Positions 8,710-16,820 are shown, numbered from the stretch's first letter. The stretch is DNA of 20,000 bases from an uncultured virus (IMG/VR IMGVR_UViG_3300028048_001320) (IMGVR_UViG_3300028048_001320), one strand, 5' to 3'. The notes: generated from the letters alone by a model not told the origin. Program-made: numbers and translations.

Positions 8710-8738
8710 ATTATATCATATTTTTTTATAAAAATAAA
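8710..8738 (-). promoter_or_regulatory. sigmaA-type promoter for the helicase/primase operon
   Basis: TTTATT (8738-8733), 17-bp spacer, TGA-TATAAT (8715-8710). Confidence 0.7.
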
Positions 8739-8774
8739 GAAAAAGCATTTGAAATAATCTCAAATGCTTTTTCT
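8738..8774 (-). terminator. Intrinsic terminator after the Sak4-like gene
   Basis: Perfect 15-bp stem AGAAAAAGCATTTGA / TCAAATGCTTTTTCT with a 7-nt loop, followed by a U-rich tract on the minus strand. Confidence 0.85.
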
Positions 8775-8785
8775 ATTTATTAAAA

Positions 8786-9775
8786 TTATAAAGTTTTTAG
8801 GTCGTCAACAATTAAAGCTAGCTGTTCTACTTGATCCCTACTCATTTCATTAACCTTCTTGCCTTTCCCTAAAAACTTATCAATAATCTGAGTAATTCTT
8901 GGAGCGTAATATGTTGCCATCTTTTCTTCATCTGCGCTATATTGGTCTATAAGCGATTTAAATGTATTCATAAGTTCATCAAAATCAAGATGTGAACTTG
9001 TGTCTTTATAAGCATTTTCTCTTTCATCGGTATATAATTCATTACCATCTTCCTGAGCCTGCTTATCAATTGCTTCCGCGATGGCATTTACAAGATTATC
9101 ATAAGTAAACTCTATATAATCTGGAGTATACTTAAAGCGGGAACCCGCCTCATATCTCTGTGTACCACGCATAAATAATATAGTTTTATTATTTCCGTTT
9201 TCATCAGTTACTGCTCTTGAATAACCAATAATATCTGCCATTCTTGCTACTATATTATTTGCTCTTTTATCAAGAGTAGGAACAATTTTATTATATTCCT
9301 GACCTGATTCATCTTTGAAAGTTTTATCTGTTGAGTGAGAAATGAGTACAATACCATATCCCATCTGAACTATACTTCTAAGTTTTTCATCAAATTCCGC
9401 ACTAACTAATGTATATCCTTTACCATATGGTATGTCAGCTATTGTATTAGCTCCATTAGCTTGACATATATACTTTTCGCAATATGAATATGCAATATCA
9501 CTAGTATCTATAATAATTGTTTCAAATCTTTCTTTTACTTTATCATCTTTAAGCTGCTTACATACTTTAAGAAATTCAGCCCATGAATTGATTGGTTGTG
9601 CCATAACTCCTGCAAGAGCATTATAACCTTTTTCAAATGCAAGTAAAAGTGAATTTGGAAACTTACTTGCTATTGTTGTTTTACCACTTTTTGGCTCGCC
9701 AAAGAAAAATACCGAATACCCTCTTAAATCTCGACTAACCTTATGAGGTTCAAGTCCTAATAAATCTATATCCAT
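8786..9775 (-). CDS. Sak4-like AAA ATPase (phage single-strand annealing recombinase)
   Basis: Walker A GEPKSGKTT, Walker B IIIDT, PYGKGY, VLISH, MADIIGY, AGSR; AAGGAGG RBS; directly downstream of an SSB-like gene. Confidence 0.82.
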   Translation of the reverse strand: MDIDLLGLEPHKVSRDLRGYSVFFFGEPKSGKTTIASKFPNSLLLAFEKGYNALAGVMAQPINSWAEFLKVCKQLKDDKVKERFETIIIDTSDIAYSYCEKYICQANGANTIADIPYGKGYTLVSAEFDEKLRSIVQMGYGIVLISHSTDKTFKDESGQEYNKIVPTLDKRANNIVARMADIIGYSRAVTDENGNNKTILFMRGTQRYEAGSRFKYTPDYIEFTYDNLVNAIAEAIDKQAQEDGNELYTDERENAYKDTSSHLDFDELMNTFKSLIDQYSADEEKMATYYAPRITQIIDKFLGKGKKVNEMSRDQVEQLALIVDDLKTL

Positions 9776-9815
9776 TAAAGTTTACCTCCTTAATTAAGTT
9801 TCAGCGGGATTCAAG

Positions 9816-10775
9816 TTAAAACTTGAATCCACCTGACTTAACTGCTGCGGAAGCTGCCTGAGCTGCAGGACTTGCGTTAGATGCAGCGGCATTACCCTGA
9901 GAAGCTCTCCATTCGTCACTTCTCTTCTTTGTTTCAGCAAGATAAACTTCTCTATCCTGAAGAGCCTTTTCAAACTCTTTAGCTGTAATAGTAGCATCTG
10001 TATCAAATTCGTAAGGAACTGGGTTTGCACCAGTAATAAGGAATTCTCTACTTCTACGAGTTACTGTATCAACTGTAGCTTCTCCGAAAGCTGATTCTGT
10101 TACCTTTTCAATCTTCTTAAAAGTATTAACAATCTTGCCCCATACCTTTGTGAAAATAGGATGCTCTGGAGATGCATCAAGGTCTACAAAATACTTAATA
10201 GCTGATTCATTTCTTGCAACAAGTGTGATTGGAAGAACTGCATTTCTAAAATCAAATGCATATCCCTTAATCTCTGCATATGAATCGCCATCTTCAGGAA
10301 CTACTTCATTAACGCTACCAATAATAACATCTACTGTAAACTTACTTCTTCCAACATCTCCCTCTGGATGAAGTGTAGTTTCTGGAACGATACTAACAAA
10401 TCCACCCTCATTTCTAGGATTTGATACTGGAACTTCCTGTCCCTGTGGGAAGAAATCATTAACAGAATATGAAGGATTAGCCTTAATAACTGTAGCTGCT
10501 TCATATCCATCATTAATAACTGTCTTTCCGCTATCAATTATCTGCTTAAGAGCTGTATAAGTAGCGTTTGACTTACCTGAGCTATAAACAGGTGTTACAT
10601 AAGTATAATGAACCTGAACAATATTTTCAAGTGAAGCATCTGTTGCAATATCTACAGTACCGTTAATATAATGAGTACCAGGCTGCTTAGAATTTTCACC
10701 AGTTACCTTTTCTGCTAAATCAAACTGATAAATCTTACCTTCAATATTCATTGTGTTTTCGTTTTTGTCTCTCAT
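9816..10775 (-). CDS. Putative ssDNA-binding protein (tandem OB-fold-like)
   Basis: Beta-rich 319-aa protein with a low-complexity Ala/Ser linker and aromatic C-terminus (GGFKF); strong promoter and RBS; SSB + Sak4 synteny. Confidence 0.65.
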   Translation of the reverse strand: MRDKNENTMNIEGKIYQFDLAEKVTGENSKQPGTHYINGTVDIATDASLENIVQVHYTYVTPVYSSGKSNATYTALKQIIDSGKTVINDGYEAATVIKANPSYSVNDFFPQGQEVPVSNPRNEGGFVSIVPETTLHPEGDVGRSKFTVDVIIGSVNEVVPEDGDSYAEIKGYAFDFRNAVLPITLVARNESAIKYFVDLDASPEHPIFTKVWGKIVNTFKKIEKVTESAFGEATVDTVTRRSREFLITGANPVPYEFDTDATITAKEFEKALQDREVYLAETKKRSDEWRASQGNAAASNASPAAQAASAAVKSGGFKF

Positions 10776-10809
10776 TTTTATTTTCTCCTTAAATTTTACT
10801 TATAATATA

Positions 10810-10838
10810 ATTATAACATAAATTTTTTATTTTGTCAA
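10810..10838 (-). promoter_or_regulatory. Consensus sigmaA promoter for the SSB-like/Sak4-like pair
   Basis: TTGACA (10838-10833), 17-bp spacer, TGT-TATAAT (10815-10810). Confidence 0.9.
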
Positions 10839-11200
10839 CTTTCTGCTTTTTCTGGCTGAAAGTTAATACCTTTATCAGTAATTTTATATGCTGCGGGATT
10901 ACCTGCCTGCTTTTCAACGAAACCATCTTCAACGAGCTTGCGCATAGTACCTGATACACTTTTACCAGATATATCAAGTCTTTCACCAAGCGCCTTAGCT
11001 GTAATCCAATCATTAACTTCTTTTAAACCTACAAGAATATTATATCCTTTATCTGTTATTTCTTTGCGACCTGAAGTTTTACCCTTCTTATAATCTTCAA
11101 AAAAATCAAGAGCTTCTTGTGGGATATTATCTTCAAACGTATACTTTGCAAATAAACTTTCTACTGTTTCAATAAAAATATTTTTTCTTTCATCTGTCAT
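10835..11200 (-). CDS. Winged-helix (MarR-like) DNA-binding protein
   Basis: ITAKALGERLDISGKSVSGTMRKLVEDGFVEK...YKITDKG wHTH pattern; AGAGGT RBS. Confidence 0.8.
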   Translation of the reverse strand: MTDERKNIFIETVESLFAKYTFEDNIPQEALDFFEDYKKGKTSGRKEITDKGYNILVGLKEVNDWITAKALGERLDISGKSVSGTMRKLVEDGFVEKQAGNPAAYKITDKGINFQPEKAES

Positions 11201-11235
11201 AATTATTTTACCTCTTTTTATTTTCTTATATAATA

Positions 11236-11264
11236 ATTATAACAAATTTTTTTAAAAAATGCAA
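11236..11264 (-). promoter_or_regulatory. sigmaA-type promoter for the 121-aa wHTH gene
   Basis: TTGCAT (11264-11259), 17-bp spacer, TGT-TATAAT (11241-11236). Confidence 0.8.
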
Positions 11265-11924
11265 TTAATAAGGATAAAATATTAATTCGTCTGCATAAGG
11301 GAGGGTGTGAACCCAATCAATAAACTGCGCCCACTCTGATAACTTATGCCCTCTGCGCTGCCGCACAATAGAATAAAGATTTTCATAATTCATAGTAACT
11401 GTACGAGTTTGAAGATAGCTTTCCGGAAGAATACGGATTAATTCTTTCCAATATCTTTTATCTTTTGTTTCTATATATCTTTGACGGAGTGTTTCACATA
11501 TATCAATTATATAATCCCATAATTCATCTGTAAAATCATCAGGACTATAAGGTTCTCTGTCAAATACTTTTACTCGTTCAAAATCATTCATTTCAAAGTC
11601 TTCTATTGTAATTGGCTTTGAAGCAAGTTTATGCATTGTACTTGTGCTATTTGCGGTTGTACCTATTTTATAAGTATCGAATTCCTTCCACCAATACATA
11701 GGTGCAGTTATATCAACAGACACCATGATTTGACGCATAAATTTACGATGTTCAGAACCGCCCGCAATAAGTCTTTGAAGAAGGTCTAAATCATTTTCAC
11801 CGAGGACAGTATCATAAGTATTCTCGTAAAATTCACTATCCATTTTACCCCAACTATTCATTGGATTACGGGCACCACGCACCGCGTGATAAAAACCCCA
11901 TACATCAGTTTCTAAAAAATTCAT
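11265..11924 (-). CDS. Divergent ThyX/Thy1-like flavin-dependent protein
   Basis: Overall ThyX layout (GSEHRKFMRQI, LP.S...T...MNYENL, QRRGHKLSEW), but the canonical RHRxxSxxxxSxR motif is replaced by EFDTYKIGTTANSTSTMH; GGAGGAG RBS, TAATG overlap. Confidence 0.65.
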   Translation of the reverse strand: MNFLETDVWGFYHAVRGARNPMNSWGKMDSEFYENTYDTVLGENDLDLLQRLIAGGSEHRKFMRQIMVSVDITAPMYWWKEFDTYKIGTTANSTSTMHKLASKPITIEDFEMNDFERVKVFDREPYSPDDFTDELWDYIIDICETLRQRYIETKDKRYWKELIRILPESYLQTRTVTMNYENLYSIVRQRRGHKLSEWAQFIDWVHTLPYADELIFYPY

Positions 11925-12571
11925 TATATGAACTCCTCCAATATTTCATCGCAAACACCATTCTCTATTGCTTCTTCTGCAAAGAACCAATAATCATCTC
12001 TTGAAATCTTCTCATACTTTTCTTCATCAATATCAGTAAGTTCAAGTAGATAATTTTTCATTTTTTCAATTAATTTTTCATAAAAGCCAGCATAGTTTTT
12101 AAATTTACCCGCATCCATATTCCCAGGACTAGTTGAACCTTCGTGGAAAAGGAAGCTACTTGATTTATATGCAAATCTCTTATGACCTGCTATAAATGAC
12201 AATAATCCTCCACTATATGCTGCACCAATATTGATTGTATAAACTGGAGTTTTAGACATTCTTATTGAGTCTGCTATAGTAAGTGCGCCAACTAGACTAC
12301 CGCCGCAAGAGTCAATATAAATTTTAATAGGAATACGATATTCAACTGCAATTTGTTCCTTATTATCAACATCATTCCAAAAACGAATTAAATGGCAAAT
12401 CGCATCGGCTACTACGTCATCTATATCATTTAATATCATTGTCCTATTAATGAAGTCCCATCTTTCAGATACTTCTTCTATACTTTTTAACTCACCCGTA
12501 TTATTAAAACATTCAGTTATTAAATCCATTGGAGTTATTTGAGTTATTTTTCTATTATCCATAAAAGCCAT
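11924..12571 (-). CDS. clpP: ClpP-like serine protease
   Basis: PIKIYIDSCGGS; nucleophile in AAYSGG; His in FLFHE; Asp in RDDYWF; AEEAIENGVCDEI. Confidence 0.85.
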   Translation of the reverse strand: MAFMDNRKITQITPMDLITECFNNTGELKSIEEVSERWDFINRTMILNDIDDVVADAICHLIRFWNDVDNKEQIAVEYRIPIKIYIDSCGGSLVGALTIADSIRMSKTPVYTINIGAAYSGGLLSFIAGHKRFAYKSSSFLFHEGSTSPGNMDAGKFKNYAGFYEKLIEKMKNYLLELTDIDEEKYEKISRDDYWFFAEEAIENGVCDEILEEFI

Positions 12572-12572
12572 A

Positions 12573-13499
12573 TTATTTTACTCCTTTGTTACCATTATAT
12601 CCAAAAGTATCTGCTTGATACAAATCTATAAAATATCTTTCCTTTTCATTAAGTTCTAAAGTATCACACTCTTCTATTAATTCAAAAGTAAAGTTGTCTA
12701 ATCCATATTCTTGAATTGCTTTATATAATTTATTACCTGGTGGTGTATCAATACCAAGTCCACATTTACAGTGTTCACACCAACGCTTATAAACATCTAC
12801 CGCCTGCCCAATATAACATTCATCAGTAATTTGATTTGTTATTTTATAAATTCCTGTTTTTGTTTTAGCTTGTAAAATAAGCGGAAACTGCTTTTTTGCA
12901 AGTGGCTGCCAATACGTTTGCCATATAAGCATACAGATAATACGAGGTTTATTTAATTCTCGTTTTACAATTTCAAGTTTGCGGGAATCAGCTAAATCTG
13001 ATTCCGAAGGTATAAGTCTATAATCATCTTTATTATCTTTTATTTCTTGCTCTTTTAGTAAAGCTTCATGGGCGGCCGCCCGTGTCGCTTTTAGCTTGTC
13101 TAAGTCACTTTGAGTCGCGAGTAATTCATCGTTTAAGGCGGATACCCGCACATCAAAATCATTTTCTAATTCAGTATATTTATTTTCAAGTGCGTTCCAA
13201 TAATTATCAAACGCATTATTACTAATTGCTTGATTTTGTTCTATTGTATTTTGTAAAATGATTCTATTACTATTTATTTTATTTTCTAATTCATTATTAA
13301 TATTTTGGTTTTCTTGAAATTGATTTCTTTGTAATTCTATATTATATGATAAATTATTATACTCTTCTTGGATTTTAGCTCTTTCTATTTTTAATGTATT
13401 ATTATATTCTTCAATACCTTTGTCTATGCTTTTCTTTTGTGATAATTTATAAATAAGAAAACCGCATATTATAACGAGTATAATTAATGTAATTATCAT
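12573..13499 (-). CDS. Membrane-anchored coiled-coil protein with a C-terminal GIY-YIG nuclease domain
   Basis: N-terminal TM MIITLIILVIICGFLIY, a long heptad-rich region, then TGIYKITN..CYIGQA..KRWCEH..LNEKERYFI..GYN; AGGAG RBS. Confidence 0.85.
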   Translation of the reverse strand: MIITLIILVIICGFLIYKLSQKKSIDKGIEEYNNTLKIERAKIQEEYNNLSYNIELQRNQFQENQNINNELENKINSNRIILQNTIEQNQAISNNAFDNYWNALENKYTELENDFDVRVSALNDELLATQSDLDKLKATRAAAHEALLKEQEIKDNKDDYRLIPSESDLADSRKLEIVKRELNKPRIICMLIWQTYWQPLAKKQFPLILQAKTKTGIYKITNQITDECYIGQAVDVYKRWCEHCKCGLGIDTPPGNKLYKAIQEYGLDNFTFELIEECDTLELNEKERYFIDLYQADTFGYNGNKGVK

Positions 13500-13523
13500 A
13501 AAAGTTCTCCTATATAGAGATAA

Positions 13524-13546
13524 AGGGTTGGTATAATACCAACCCT
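13524..13546 (-). terminator. Intrinsic terminator (possibly leaky) after the 112-aa wHTH gene
   Basis: AGGGTTGGTA / TACCAACCCT 10-bp stem with a 3-nt loop; short interrupted U-tract on the minus strand. Confidence 0.7.
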
Positions 13547-13580
13547 ATTTATCAATATAATTCGTATAATGACTACTGAA

Positions 13581-13919
13581 TTACTGATTCTTAGCCATTA
13601 TCTTAGCCTGAGCGATTGCAAGCTCTTCAGCTTCAATTGACTCTACTGTTGACTCACGTCCCTTATCTGTAAGCTTGATGAACTTAGCTTCCTTTGTTAA
13701 TTCAACTCCCTCATCATTAGTTACAGTAACATAACCAGGAACTCTCTCTACATAGTCCTTATTTGCCTTATTCTTGCCTGTTCCAATAAGTGCTGATGTA
13801 ATAATACCGTTAACTGACTTAACCTCAAGTCCAGTTGCTGCAGCGATGTCGGATGCTGTAATATCCTCTGCTTCATGTGCCTTAATGTAATTAAATACTG
13901 TCTTTGTGTTTTCCTTCAT
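13581..13919 (-). CDS. Winged-helix DNA-binding protein, probable paralog of 10835..11200
   Basis: ITASDIAAATGLEVKSVNGIITSAL...YVER...FIKLTDKG; AAGGAG RBS; own promoter and terminator. Confidence 0.75.
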   Translation of the reverse strand: MKENTKTVFNYIKAHEAEDITASDIAAATGLEVKSVNGIITSALIGTGKNKANKDYVERVPGYVTVTNDEGVELTKEAKFIKLTDKGRESTVESIEAEELAIAQAKIMAKNQ

Positions 13920-13996
13920 TGTTTTTTTCTCCTTAGAAAATTATATTTTTATTTTAATAAGATATTGCTTTATTACAACATCTTTATTATATTTAT

Positions 13997-14025
13997 ATTA
14001 TACTAAAAATTTTTAAAAATTTCAA
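13997..14025 (-). promoter_or_regulatory. sigmaA-type promoter for the 112-aa wHTH gene
   Basis: TTGAAA (14025-14020), 17-bp spacer, TATAAT (14002-13997). Confidence 0.8.
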
Positions 14026-14234
14026 CTCTGTTTTACATATGTCTCGTTTATATAAGCATCTATTAATAGTAGTTCTGACATAGTGCAAGTTGATGCAATT
14101 TTTTCTATCGCTTGCTGCGCGGTAGCTTTTACATCTTCATCTTTTGCAAGTGTAGCAAGTATTTCAAGTTTCCAGATTTCATCTGCTTTTGTTCTAATAT
14201 TTTTCTTTATTTTTCTACGTTGTTCTCTATTCAT
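14022..14234 (-). CDS. Hypothetical protein (70 aa)
   Basis: GGAG RBS inside the ligA 3' end, overlapping start, basic MNREQRRK N-terminus. Confidence 0.65.
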   Translation of the reverse strand: MNREQRRKIKKNIRTKADEIWKLEILATLAKDEDVKATAQQAIEKIASTCTMSELLLIDAYINETYVKQS

Positions 14235-16242
14235 TTAGCATCTCCACTAATTCTACTTCTGTTATTATAGGTATATTTAATTCTTTTGCTTTTTTGTTTT
14301 TTGCGGAAGTGCTATTTATATCATTATTAATTAAATAGTTAGTTTTAGAAGAAACACTACTTAATACTTTTCCGCCTGCTTTTTCAATTACTTCAATAAG
14401 CCTTTGTCTATTTTCAAAGATTTGAAGTTTTCCTGTTATTACAAAATTTATATTATTAAGTTTAACAGTTTTGTCCTTATGTTCTTCAGGCTTAAAAGTA
14501 ATATATTCTACGATTTTATCTGCTTCTTCATAGTCAAAGTCATGTAATGCACGATTCATTTCATAACCAAATCCATCCCATTCTGTAAAATCGAAGTCTT
14601 CGTAGATTAAATCCCTAAAATCTCTCCATGTTTCTACTTTTTCACAAATCTGTTTAGCTACTCTAGTTCCAATTAATGGAATACCAAGACCAGATATAAA
14701 AGCTGATAAAGGTGCTTCCGCAAGAGAATCATCTATACTTTTTAATATTTTACTTACAGATACAAAGCTAAATCCAGGTTTATTCATCCATTCTTCGCCA
14801 TGTTTTTTAAGTTTAGGAATATCTGATATATCGTTTACCCATCCCCAATCTGTAAGTTTTTCAAGAGTTTTTTCTGAAAGTCCTTTAATATCAAGACCTT
14901 TTTTACCACAGAAATGGTCAAGTCTCTGAATTAATTTACCTGCACATTGAGGATTATCACATCTTAATTCTTCAACACCTGTTTCAGATTTCCATATATC
15001 ACAAATACTTCCGCAAGCTGGACATACAAAATATCCATCTATACCGTTACGGTCACAGGTTGCACCACCCGCCGCAACTATCTCTCCATAATCTCTTTTA
15101 TCTGCCCATGTAATTTGTGGAATTATCATGTTCATTTTTGCAACCTTAATACGTTCACCGTAATATGGGTCACGTCCAAGAGTATCATACATAACACTCA
15201 TATTATGAAGACTTGCTCTTGATACAGTAGTACCATCTATATCAATAGGTTCAAATACTGCAACTGGAGTTAATACACCGTTACGAGAAACATCATATGT
15301 TATAGTCTTTAATCTCGTTTCATACTCATCATCATAAAATTTATAGGCAAGCCCGCCCTTGAAGTGATGGTCTGTACGTCCCGCCGCATCATAGTCTTTA
15401 AGTTTATTATATTTAAATACAATTCCGTCTATTGGATACTGTAATCTTGCACATCTTTCTTTAATTATTTCAATACTAGATTCTATATCGTAAGTAAAAT
15501 CACTGTTTGAATTATTTGCACATATAATAAAAGGTACTATTTTAAAATTTAATCTACTTAAAAACTGTAAATCATCTGAAAGCCAACCTATCTCTCTATG
15601 CATTTTTTCTTTTTTAGGATTCCTAACATCCCATGCTACAAATGTTAATTTTCTATTAAAACACTCACCATTATCAAGAAGTCTAATACTACCTGCTGCA
15701 TAATTACGAGGATTTTTATAACCAGCTTCCGCGCTAATTATTTCAAATGTTTTATAGTCACAAATTATCTCTCCATCAACAACAAGATAATTTGGGTCAT
15801 CAATTCTTTTAGGAATTGATGGAATAACAAGAGCATTATGAGTTATATCTTCACCAACTTCACCATTACCTCTTGTTTCTGCGCGAACCAGCTTCCCGCC
15901 TTCATATGTTAAAGAACAAGTTAAACCATCCATCTTAGCCATAGCTATACAACAAAATTCTCCCATAAATGATTCAACTTCTTCTATATCTTTTGTTTTT
16001 GCAAGTGATAACATTGGATGATTATGCTTAACTTTTTTAAGTTCACTTACTTCTTCAAAATGAATAACTTGAGTAGGCGAATCTGGTTGAATACGATTTG
16101 GATTATAAAATTCAAACCTCTGAATTTCAAAGTATAGGTTATCCCATTCTTTATCGGAAACCACAGGATGACCTTCATCATATGCTTTTGTCCATTCATT
16201 AAGACGTTTTATATATTCAATATAATCTTCATAGGTTATCAT
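14227..16242 (-). CDS. ligA: NAD-dependent DNA ligase
   Basis: HPMLSL, adenylation motif KMDG, TRGNG.VGED, NPRN, DGIV.K, AYKF, ASLHN, Cys4 Zn finger (CPAC...C...C), HhH repeats, C-terminal BRCT (FVITG...SVSSKTNYL...K..KA..L.IPII). Confidence 0.96.
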   Translation of the reverse strand: MITYEDYIEYIKRLNEWTKAYDEGHPVVSDKEWDNLYFEIQRFEFYNPNRIQPDSPTQVIHFEEVSELKKVKHNHPMLSLAKTKDIEEVESFMGEFCCIAMAKMDGLTCSLTYEGGKLVRAETRGNGEVGEDITHNALVIPSIPKRIDDPNYLVVDGEIICDYKTFEIISAEAGYKNPRNYAAGSIRLLDNGECFNRKLTFVAWDVRNPKKEKMHREIGWLSDDLQFLSRLNFKIVPFIICANNSNSDFTYDIESSIEIIKERCARLQYPIDGIVFKYNKLKDYDAAGRTDHHFKGGLAYKFYDDEYETRLKTITYDVSRNGVLTPVAVFEPIDIDGTTVSRASLHNMSVMYDTLGRDPYYGERIKVAKMNMIIPQITWADKRDYGEIVAAGGATCDRNGIDGYFVCPACGSICDIWKSETGVEELRCDNPQCAGKLIQRLDHFCGKKGLDIKGLSEKTLEKLTDWGWVNDISDIPKLKKHGEEWMNKPGFSFVSVSKILKSIDDSLAEAPLSAFISGLGIPLIGTRVAKQICEKVETWRDFRDLIYEDFDFTEWDGFGYEMNRALHDFDYEEADKIVEYITFKPEEHKDKTVKLNNINFVITGKLQIFENRQRLIEVIEKAGGKVLSSVSSKTNYLINNDINSTSAKNKKAKELNIPIITEVELVEMLNE

Positions 16243-16253
16243 ATATTATCACC

Positions 16254-16454
16254 TCAATTATTATTATTTTTTGTATAATGTATCTGTAATATAGTTTTTA
16301 AATCTTTATAACATTCAAAACAATAATCAAGTGTTTGAACACTATTATTAAAATCACTTTGATAGGTTGGGAGTGTTAAACGATAAAAATATTTTTTATT
16401 TTTATCATATTTTCCACATATATCACAAATACAACCAAATTGATTTTGAGCCAT
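16254..16454 (-). CDS. Small Zn-finger-like protein (CxxC...CxxC)
   Basis: CDICG...CFEC; start placed at ATG 16454, 8 nt after AAGGAG. Confidence 0.65.
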   Translation of the reverse strand: MAQNQFGCICDICGKYDKNKKYFYRLTLPTYQSDFNNSVQTLDYCFECYKDLKTILQIHYTKNNNN

Positions 16455-16459
16455 ATTTA

Positions 16460-16759
16460 TCACTCCTTGCGCATATAATCTTCACACTTACTACCATCTC
16501 CATCATGATGAGGATGATTCCAAGCTTCTAAATCTCCATGAATTTTACATGAATGAGATTCATATCCACAAAAGTATCCATCTGATTTATAATGAACGCA
16601 ATTATCACATCTTTTTTCTTCACGATTTAATAACTCACGTATTAATTCCATGATTCTTTTATCGTTTTCATTATCAATTCTGTATTGATAAGTAATATAT
16701 CTTGTGTTTGGTTCTTCATGATGTTCAAATTCAAAACTATCACAAATTATTGTAACCAT
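16460..16759 (-). CDS. Small Cys/His-rich hypothetical protein
   Basis: RCDNCVHY...FC...SCKIH...CEDY; AGAGGTG RBS and its own promoter. Confidence 0.7.
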   Translation of the reverse strand: MVTIICDSFEFEHHEEPNTRYITYQYRIDNENDKRIMELIRELLNREEKRCDNCVHYKSDGYFCGYESHSCKIHGDLEAWNHPHHDGDGSKCEDYMRKE

Positions 16760-16790
16760 AAGTAATCACCTCTTTCATTTATCTATAAAT

Positions 16791-16819
16791 ATTATAACAA
16801 AAATTTTAATAAAAATAAA
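16791..16819 (-). promoter_or_regulatory. sigmaA-type promoter for the small ORFs and ligA
   Basis: TTTATT (16819-16814), 17-bp spacer, TGT-TATAAT (16796-16791). Confidence 0.7.
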
Positions 16820-16820
16820 G

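Noticed and set aside
9794..11013. Alternative-frame or antisense ORFs 9794-10030, 10135-10371, 10331-10537 and 10789-11013
   Set aside because: Overlap the better-supported SSB-like and wHTH genes; composition typical of off-frame reads
13068..13090. GC island GGGCGGCCGCCCG (contains a NotI site), and similarly CCGCGCGCGC near 3617
   Set aside because: Explained by RAAA and GSARG codons plus the general GCGG bias; no independent function supported
13551..13580. TATAAT on the plus strand at 13565-13570 as an antisense promoter
   Set aside because: No plausible -35 at 17 bp and no TG extension; expected by chance in AT-rich DNA
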